Made by a program: the position numbers and the translations under genes. Below are positions 63,801 to 64,000 of a stretch of DNA of 64,000 nucleotides, piece after piece. This DNA is from Lama guanicoe (taxonomy: Eukaryota). The stretch's first letter is position 1, and every line of letters starts with the position of its first letter. The stretch spans positions 1,845,818-1,909,817 of the forward strand of contig MU053561.1 in the NCBI GenBank assembly GCA_013239625.1. The letters are read 5' to 3'. Below the pieces are notes generated by a model that did not search any database, had not been told where the DNA came from, and worked only from the letters and a program-made list of their open reading frames with translations.

Positions 63801-64000
63801 GGTTATCAGTCTTCATTCAGGAACTGTGAAACTATTTAGGGCTGAGAGGTTAATGTTAATTTGAAGTTATAGGTGTGAAATTTTAGTTTTTTACCCAACT
63901 ATCCATTCACTCCCATTCACTGTCCACTTCTTAAATAAAAATGCCTCCTTCCAGAGAAGTTGAACAAGAAAGCGGCATTTAAAACCACCTCTTTGGTGGG

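Noticed and set aside
1..64000. A novel multi-gene system, CRISPR array or prokaryotic island
   Set aside because: The window is explained by one spliced mammalian gene plus interspersed repeats. I saw no regularly spaced repeat-spacer array and no long unexplained ORF.

Overview
This window is mammalian genomic DNA, probably camelid, judging by a tRNA-derived SINE and young L1 pieces. It holds essentially the whole GDAP2 gene (macrodomain + CRAL-TRIO/Sec14 protein) on the + strand. The CpG-rich 5' end is at 1-330. Thirteen coding exons (7549-56030) splice by GT-AG rules into a 1494-nt, 497-aa ORF with no frameshift or stop, followed by a long AT-rich 3' UTR/downstream region. Introns contain L1, L2, MIR, MaLR and hAT-Charlie elements, several nested with visible TSDs. 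I found no convincing previously undescribed biological system. The best leads are: an in-frame alternative C-terminus by read-through of the exon 13 donor; a tandem duplication of the exon 5 splice donor; anomalously GC3/CpG-rich exon 4; an intact tailless internal L1 ORF2 fragment; a near-consensus CTCF site; and a sense-strand bias of intronic L1. Repeat family names come from my recognition of consensus sequences, not a database search. Exon numbering assumes one non-coding exon 1.
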